From contig JAOACJ010000009.1 in the NCBI GenBank assembly GCA_026417895.1, positions 2,128 through 66,127 of the forward strand: a stretch of DNA of 64,000 bases. Direction: 5' to 3'. This DNA is from Patescibacteria group bacterium (GTDB lineage: Bacteria; Patescibacteriota; Patescibacteriia; UBA2591; CALHIP01). Within the stretch, counting starts at the first letter, position 1, and every line of letters starts with the position of its first letter. A program made the position numbers and the translations under genes. A model generated the notes under the pieces. That model did no database searches. It was given only the letters and a program-made list of their open reading frames with translations, and was not told the origin of the DNA. Positions 59,264 through 64,000 of the stretch are shown here, one piece after another.

Positions 59264-60676
59264 TTATCTCACTTTTAAGCCTGAAGTGTTTTGATCTGAA
59301 GCTAAATTGGTTGCCCGGCCCGGCCAATCAAAACGGGGAGCAATTAAACGATAGGAAACATTAATCGGGGCGGTGCCGTAAATGAGAAGTTGATTTTTTG
59401 TGGGTTGAAATTCATACCAAACTTGTGCCCGTCCCTCGGGTGTTAAATTCACCACTAAATCCTGCCAATTTTGACCAAAGGCTGTAATCTGGCGAAAAAG
59501 CCATAAATCAGAACCTTTTTCTGTTCGGTTAAAATCAATAGTCGCTAAATAAATTTGATTTTCAACTTCTGGCATTTGAAATTTGTCATTTGACATTTGT
59601 AAACGAAGTTTGCCCACCACCTCTTCTTTTAAACCAACCGTTGAATGGCCATAAGTGGCATATTTTATTCCTTCAATTTCATAAATTGGATCGATTTCAT
59701 TGACTAAGAGCTTACCGGCCGGGCTTAAGGTCATAATAGGCGTTGATCCATAACCACCATCTTTATACCAAGCAAAAGTGCCACTGTTAGTAACAAAACG
59801 GATCCATTCACCAGAGCCCTGAGAATACAATCCTAGATCAGTCCCGGAGATGGCGTTCGTACCTTTTTGAATAATACCATTTCTTACATTGATCGCGCCA
59901 TTGATATCTAATTTTTGAATCGGACTGGTTGTCCCGATGCCGACGTTGGTGCCGTTGTTAAACAAATTACTATCTGCGACCCAAGCACTTCCACTGTGTC
60001 TGAGCGTTTGACCAGTAGTTCCTGAAGGCAAAAGTCCTGAAGGTAGAGAACAAGTCAAGGTTGGTCCTACTGCCGTGACATATTGACCTGACGGACAAGC
60101 AGAAGGAAATGAAGTTAAACGTGCCCATGGAACCGAACCGCCTTGAAGAATGCCAGTCCACCTCACGTCACCACTTACATCTAATTTATATCCTGGACTG
60201 GTTGTTCCGATGCCGAGATTACCGGTCGGTAAAATTGTGAATCGATCATCGTTATTTGTTCCACTACCCCAGAAACGAAGGCTATTATTTGATTTATTCA
60301 CATAAATAGCCCAATGATCATTAGTCCCTGTTCCATATTTAAGTTGCAACTCTGGATTTTCATTGGTGTCAGTATCAGTAATTCGCAAACGACAAGTTGT
60401 GCCACTTGGAGCAGTAAGTTCCATTCTTTCGGCTGGATTGACCGTCCCGATTCCTAATTGGCCATTAAATAAGACATTACCTGATTGAAGTGTTCCCGGT
60501 AAAGAACCTTGTAACCAAACCGGTCCGGGTAATTGGCCTTGTGGTGGTGGTTGGGTTGGCTCCTGCCAAGTCTGAGCCAAAACTGCAGGAATGGCTAAAA
60601 AGAAAAGTGATAAAGCCAGTAAAAAGAGTCGACCAAATAACCGGCTTTTTTTAAAGAAGAAAGTTGCTTTTTTCAT
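59264..60676 (-). CDS. Secreted tail-fibre-like/pilus-associated adhesin
   Basis: Signal peptide, WQEPTQPPPQG, three G(Q/N)(L/V)GIGT..P...L repeats, C-terminal IDPIYEI.G..YATY...YRL.APRFDW. Confidence 0.65.
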   Translation of the reverse strand: MKKATFFFKKSRLFGRLFLLALSLFFLAIPAVLAQTWQEPTQPPPQGQLPGPVWLQGSLPGTLQSGNVLFNGQLGIGTVNPAERMELTAPSGTTCRLRITDTDTNENPELQLKYGTGTNDHWAIYVNKSNNSLRFWGSGTNNDDRFTILPTGNLGIGTTSPGYKLDVSGDVRWTGILQGGSVPWARLTSFPSACPSGQYVTAVGPTLTCSLPSGLLPSGTTGQTLRHSGSAWVADSNLFNNGTNVGIGTTSPIQKLDINGAINVRNGIIQKGTNAISGTDLGLYSQGSGEWIRFVTNSGTFAWYKDGGYGSTPIMTLSPAGKLLVNEIDPIYEIEGIKYATYGHSTVGLKEEVVGKLRLQMSNDKFQMPEVENQIYLATIDFNRTEKGSDLWLFRQITAFGQNWQDLVVNLTPEGRAQVWYEFQPTKNQLLIYGTAPINVSYRLIAPRFDWPGRATNLASDQNTSGLKVR

Positions 60677-60703
60677 AGGCGTAAAAGTTAATTTTTAATT
60701 TAT
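60668..60703. repeat. 36-bp direct repeat, copy 2
   Basis: TTTTTTCATAGGCGTAAAAGTTAATTTTTAATTTAT. Confidence 0.9.
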
Positions 60704-61365
60704 CAATAGAAAAAATATTTAGGAAAAAAACTTTTGATTTTGCGCTGAAAATTTTTAAAAAAGCCTGACACCTCCACTTCAAAACCACTCGGAATAGGAT
60801 TAGGTGCATTAATGATAAAATTAACATCAGAAGAGTTAGGATTGCAAATTTTTAATCGATGATAACGATCTGAACGAATTTCATAATTGACTAAAGGTGG
60901 GACAGTGGTGACAAAATCTAAGGGATCTATCTCTCCGCTTCTCTGCCAGGAAAAAAGAAGTACCTCTCCCCCAGGTGAAGAAGCGTTAACGCTGAGAGAG
61001 GCCGGATAGGCAAGATTTAAATCAAGATCTAATTGAAACGATTGATTGGTCGAAAGACTGACGGACCATGGCACAGTATTTGTGATCACGTTTACTAGTC
61101 CTAAAAGATAAGAAGAGTTATTGGGAAGGGTGTCAGAGTCAGTAAGGGTTAATGGATCAACTTTTTCTTGGTTAATTTTATAAAATGCTCTTTCAACACC
61201 ACTTTCGGCCGCATAATAAGCCAATTCAGAAAAAGAAGTTGCCCGAACAATCTGTCCTTGACGAACCAAGACTTCACTCATCATTAAACCAGCGGCTAAA
61301 AGACTGCCTAAAATTAAGACGACCAGAAGTAAAGAAACGCCTGATTGAGATTGACTAAAGTTCAT
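60703..61365 (-). CDS. PilX-like minor pilin
   Basis: SGVSLLLVVLIL (no E5), S..AYYAAESGVERA. Confidence 0.75.
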   Translation of the reverse strand: MNFSQSQSGVSLLLVVLILGSLLAAGLMMSEVLVRQGQIVRATSFSELAYYAAESGVERAFYKINQEKVDPLTLTDSDTLPNNSSYLLGLVNVITNTVPWSVSLSTNQSFQLDLDLNLAYPASLSVNASSPGGEVLLFSWQRSGEIDPLDFVTTVPPLVNYEIRSDRYHRLKICNPNSSDVNFIINAPNPIPSGFEVEVSGFFKNFQRKIKSFFPKYFFY

Positions 61366-61429
61366 TTTTTTATTTTATCATTTTTTAACAATTTTTGCAA
61401 TGAGAGTTTGAATTTTTGTGTTCTTTTAT

Positions 61430-61996
61430 CTATTTTCTTTCCCCATATCTTTGAATGACGGTTTGTTGAAGGCTAAAAACTTGACCTTTGGCTTTTAATT
61501 CTAAAACAATTGTTACCCGTGGCTGAATTCTTGTTGTCGCATTAGAGGTAAAGGGGTCTTGGGAAGGGGAAATATAAAATTTAAGATCCGTCACTTCAAC
61601 CTCACTACTCGTTAACGGCTGGTCCCCGCTACCACCAACATTTTTCATTATCTTATTACTACTGAAGCTGTAAACCACTGTCTGATTGGTTTGATAATTA
61701 ATGAGTGCCAAAGTAGAAGTGGGTGAAGGAATTTGAGAGCCATAATGCAGATAATCGACTAAACCAGCGCGAATGTCTTTGGCGATGATAGAGAGTAAAT
61801 AATTGGCCTCTTGTTGTAAACTAGAAAGTTCGGCTGATTTTCTTTGTGAGCCAATAGAAAAAGTATAAATACCAGTTGCCGCTAAAAAGACGAAAGCGAT
61901 GATACTCACTGAAGTTAACATTTCAACTAAAGTAAAGCTAGATTTGTTGGTAAATTTTTCTTTTTTAGTTTTTGGATTATTGAATTTATTTTTCAT
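61430..61996 (-). CDS. PilW-like minor pilin
   Basis: SFTLVEMLTSV class III signal; IAKDIRAG; LKFYISP..QPRVTIVL; ATGA overlap with the upstream gene. Confidence 0.8.
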   Translation of the reverse strand: MKNKFNNPKTKKEKFTNKSSFTLVEMLTSVSIIAFVFLAATGIYTFSIGSQRKSAELSSLQQEANYLLSIIAKDIRAGLVDYLHYGSQIPSPTSTLALINYQTNQTVVYSFSSNKIMKNVGGSGDQPLTSSEVEVTDLKFYISPSQDPFTSNATTRIQPRVTIVLELKAKGQVFSLQQTVIQRYGERK

Positions 61997-62487
61997 CGCC
62001 AATTAGTCAGAATTTGTTGAAGGTTAATTGTCTGGTCGCCTGCTTTTGTTCGCCAAAGAACCTGCGAAGAAATTCTTATTTCATTGGGCGAAAGACTTGT
62101 AATCTGGAGTAACCGTTTATAAATCGTATTAGGTGAAGGACAGTGAAAATACCGGCCACTAGAAAGACAGAGACCACAATTTGTGCAATCTTTAATCGTT
62201 GAACCGCCAGAAAAAGAAGCTTGTGTTAAACTGGTTGAATCAGCATTGGCAATAAAACTTCCGGCACTTAAACCATAATTCCAATCATTGAGAGCCAACC
62301 AATTGCTGTCGCGAATTGCCCTCATTACCTCCATTCCCTCCCGTGCCAAACTGGTAGCAAGAAGTGCTTCACCACTTCTTCCGCCAATAGAATAAGAATA
62401 AGAGGCTAAAGCGATGATGCCTAATAAAGCTGTGACAATCAGAGTTGCCGCGACAATTGTCTCCACTAAAGTAAACCCCTTTTTCAT
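61993..62487 (-). CDS. PilV-like minor pilin
   Basis: MKKGFTLVETIVA; LAREGMEVMRAIRDSNW; LTNWR. Confidence 0.82.
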   Translation of the reverse strand: MKKGFTLVETIVAATLIVTALLGIIALASYSYSIGGRSGEALLATSLAREGMEVMRAIRDSNWLALNDWNYGLSAGSFIANADSTSLTQASFSGGSTIKDCTNCGLCLSSGRYFHCPSPNTIYKRLLQITSLSPNEIRISSQVLWRTKAGDQTINLQQILTNWR

Positions 62488-62508
62488 AATATAAATTAAA
62501 TTTGACAT

Positions 62509-63000
62509 TTAATCACTCACCTCAATTTGTCCGGAAAGGCAATTAATTTTTACTTTCTTTTGTTCATTTGTCCGACTGTCTTGAAGGGTGATAGTTTGAT
62601 TGGTTGAACAAGCGACGTTATTGACGTAAAGACTGGCTAAAGGCAAGGCGAAAACTTGATGTTGCGAAGAAAATGGATTGAAAAAAATATTTTTGGAAAG
62701 AGAGTAATTAAAAATTGCTTCACCACTATCATATAAATAGTCATTGTTAGTAGCAAAAAAAATATAGGTGTTGTTATTGGGCAAATAAACACCATAACCA
62801 CGGGGCAAACTACTGTCCATTTGTTGAGCACTTAAAGCCAAACTTTGGGCTTGTTTTAAAATACTGGCTAAACGCCGAGCATCTAATAAAACTAATTCTT
62901 TCCTTTCTTTAATCCGATAATTAACATAACCAATCCCTAAAATTAAAACAGTAATTGTCATCACCACCATCATTTCGATAAAAGTAAAGCCTCTTCTCAT
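62509..63000 (-). CDS. FimT/FimU-like minor pilin
   Basis: MRRGFTFIEMMVV; L..ILKQAQSLALS..GYGVY. Confidence 0.8.
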   Translation of the reverse strand: MRRGFTFIEMMVVMTITVLILGIGYVNYRIKERKELVLLDARRLASILKQAQSLALSAQQMDSSLPRGYGVYLPNNNTYIFFATNNDYLYDSGEAIFNYSLSKNIFFNPFSSQHQVFALPLASLYVNNVACSTNQTITLQDSRTNEQKKVKINCLSGQIEVSD

Positions 63001-63002
63001 AT

Positions 63003-63812
63003 TTATATTTTTCCAAAAAAAGACAAAAAAATCAAATCACCAAAAAATAGGGTCATTACGCCGCCAACAGCTAAAAATGGGCCAAGAGGAATTTTAGAGG
63101 TCAACTTTTTTTGATGAGTGATGAGAAGAATTAAAGAGGCAAAACCACCGAGTAGATAAGAAATGACTAAAACAACTAAAATTTTTGGCCAAGCAAAGGT
63201 TAAACCCAATAGCAAACCTAAACGTAAATCACCTTCGCCAATTCCTTTTTTCGCCGTCAAAAGATATTGAAGAAGAAAAAACCCAAAACCAAAAAAACCG
63301 CCGAGCAGAAGAGTAGTTAAGTGATAAGTTGTTGAGTTAATGAGTAAAAGGTTAAGGAGAAAAATGACAATGGTTGCTGGAATAACAACAGTATCTTCGA
63401 TTAACATATATTTCAAATCATAGACAAAAATAAAAACCATCACTGTTAGAAAAAGCCAATCGCGAAGAAGGAAAATTGAAAATTGAAAATTGGAAATTGG
63501 AAATTGGGGATAGATGGATAAAAATTGATGAGATAATTTCAAAGAGGCCAATAAAAATAAAGCGCCTGTTGTCAGTTCAATTAATGGATATTGCCAGGAA
63601 ATTTTTGCTTGACAATAGCGGCACCTACCCTTTAAAAATAAAAAGGAAAAAAGCGGAATTAAATCAAAAAAAGAAAGCCGGTGTTGACAAGCCGGACAAA
63701 AGGAATAGCCAAAAAGGCTCTTTTTTTGTGACAAACGATAAATCAGGCAATTTAAAAAACTGCCAATGGCTAAACCAAACAAAAACGAGAAAAGGGCAAA
63801 TAAGAAAACCAT
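63003..63812 (-). CDS. pilD: Prepilin peptidase (A24)
   Basis: GSFLNCLIYR, SFCPAC..L...DLIPLFSF..LKGRCRYC, YDLKYM, GEGDLRL, IPLGPFL. Confidence 0.94.
   Translation of the reverse strand: MVFLFALFSFLFGLAIGSFLNCLIYRLSQKKSLFGYSFCPACQHRLSFFDLIPLFSFLFLKGRCRYCQAKISWQYPLIELTTGALFLLASLKLSHQFLSIYPQFPISNFQFSIFLLRDWLFLTVMVFIFVYDLKYMLIEDTVVIPATIVIFLLNLLLINSTTYHLTTLLLGGFFGFGFFLLQYLLTAKKGIGEGDLRLGLLLGLTFAWPKILVVLVISYLLGGFASLILLITHQKKLTSKIPLGPFLAVGGVMTLFFGDLIFLSFFGKI
63473..63507. repeat. In-frame heptamer array (AAATTGR)x5 inside pilD
   Basis: AAATTGA AAATTGA AAATTGG AAATTGG AAATTGG; encodes QFPISNFQFSI. Confidence 0.88.
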
Positions 63813-63902
63813 GAAATCTTAAAATTATAGCAATTTTAATAAAAAAAACAATTATTTCACTTCTTTAACGGAAATAACTGGTGATAAAAATGAAAAAATT
63901 TT

Positions 63903-64000
63903 CTACCTTATCCCAACTGGTGTTGCGTAGCGGTTACCTGCGGGATAGCCACCGGTATCTTTCTCTAAACAAAAATAGATGTTGTAGTTATCGCCTGCGG
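63903..64000 (-). CDS. C-terminal fragment of a probable pilin/GspG-like protein (5' end outside the window)
   Basis: Manual translation ...AGDNYNIYFCLEKDTGGYPAGNRYATPVGIR*; directly upstream of pilD. Confidence 0.55.
   Translation of the reverse strand, partial: AGDNYNIYFCLEKDTGGYPAGNRYATPVGIR

Noticed and set aside
49793-60676. Prophage suggested by baseplate-like and tail-fibre-like genes
   Set aside because: The genes are 8 kb apart among core genes, both have signal/TM anchors, and there is no capsid, terminase or integrase
57569-60676. Diversity-generating retroelement acting on the adhesins
   Set aside because: No reverse transcriptase and no TR/VR pair differing at adenines seen in the window; a remote DGR cannot be excluded
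1-64000. UGA recoding (code 25) as in Gracilibacteria/Absconditabacteria
   Set aside because: Long genes are intact under code 11, and TGA ends several genes at expected positions (ATPase D, mraY, murD, rpmE)

Overview
AT-rich bacterial chromosome segment read in genetic code 11 (TGA is used as a stop). Gene content and style point to Patescibacteria/CPR, probably Parcubacteria (inference): PEGA, DUF3048 and PsbP-like proteins, a type IV pilin cluster, Cys-rich surface proteins, almost no Shine-Dalgarno sites, and no rplA after rplK. Most of the window is housekeeping: murA, rml genes, rplK-nusG-secE, gyrB, metG, rsmI, glyQS, mraY-murD-ftsW-murG, gap, tsf, rpsB, rpmE-prfA, rplY, rodA, dnaE, thrS, miaB, rplI. 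No rRNA, tRNA, CRISPR, transposase or integrase was recognised. Notable points: (1) a complete, probably Na+-coupled A/V-type ATPase operon sitting inside an rml cluster; (2) a dispersed family of 7-bp-periodic repeat tracts at gene junctions and in-frame inside at least six genes, plus a 10-bp-periodic family, some forming inverted-arm MITE-like units; (3) a self-contained foreign-looking cassette with promoter, structured 5' leader, strong SD and terminator, encoding a secreted protein with a T9SS-type C-terminal domain; (4) an ArcE/cDPGS-family P-loop enzyme splitting rpsB-tsf; (5) an identical 18-bp palindrome at two intergenic sites; (6) a 36-bp direct repeat bracketing a pilus-linked adhesin gene; (7) extended -10 boxes only 6-11 nt before start codons, implying near-leaderless mRNAs. 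All calls come from motif recognition by eye; no database searches were run.
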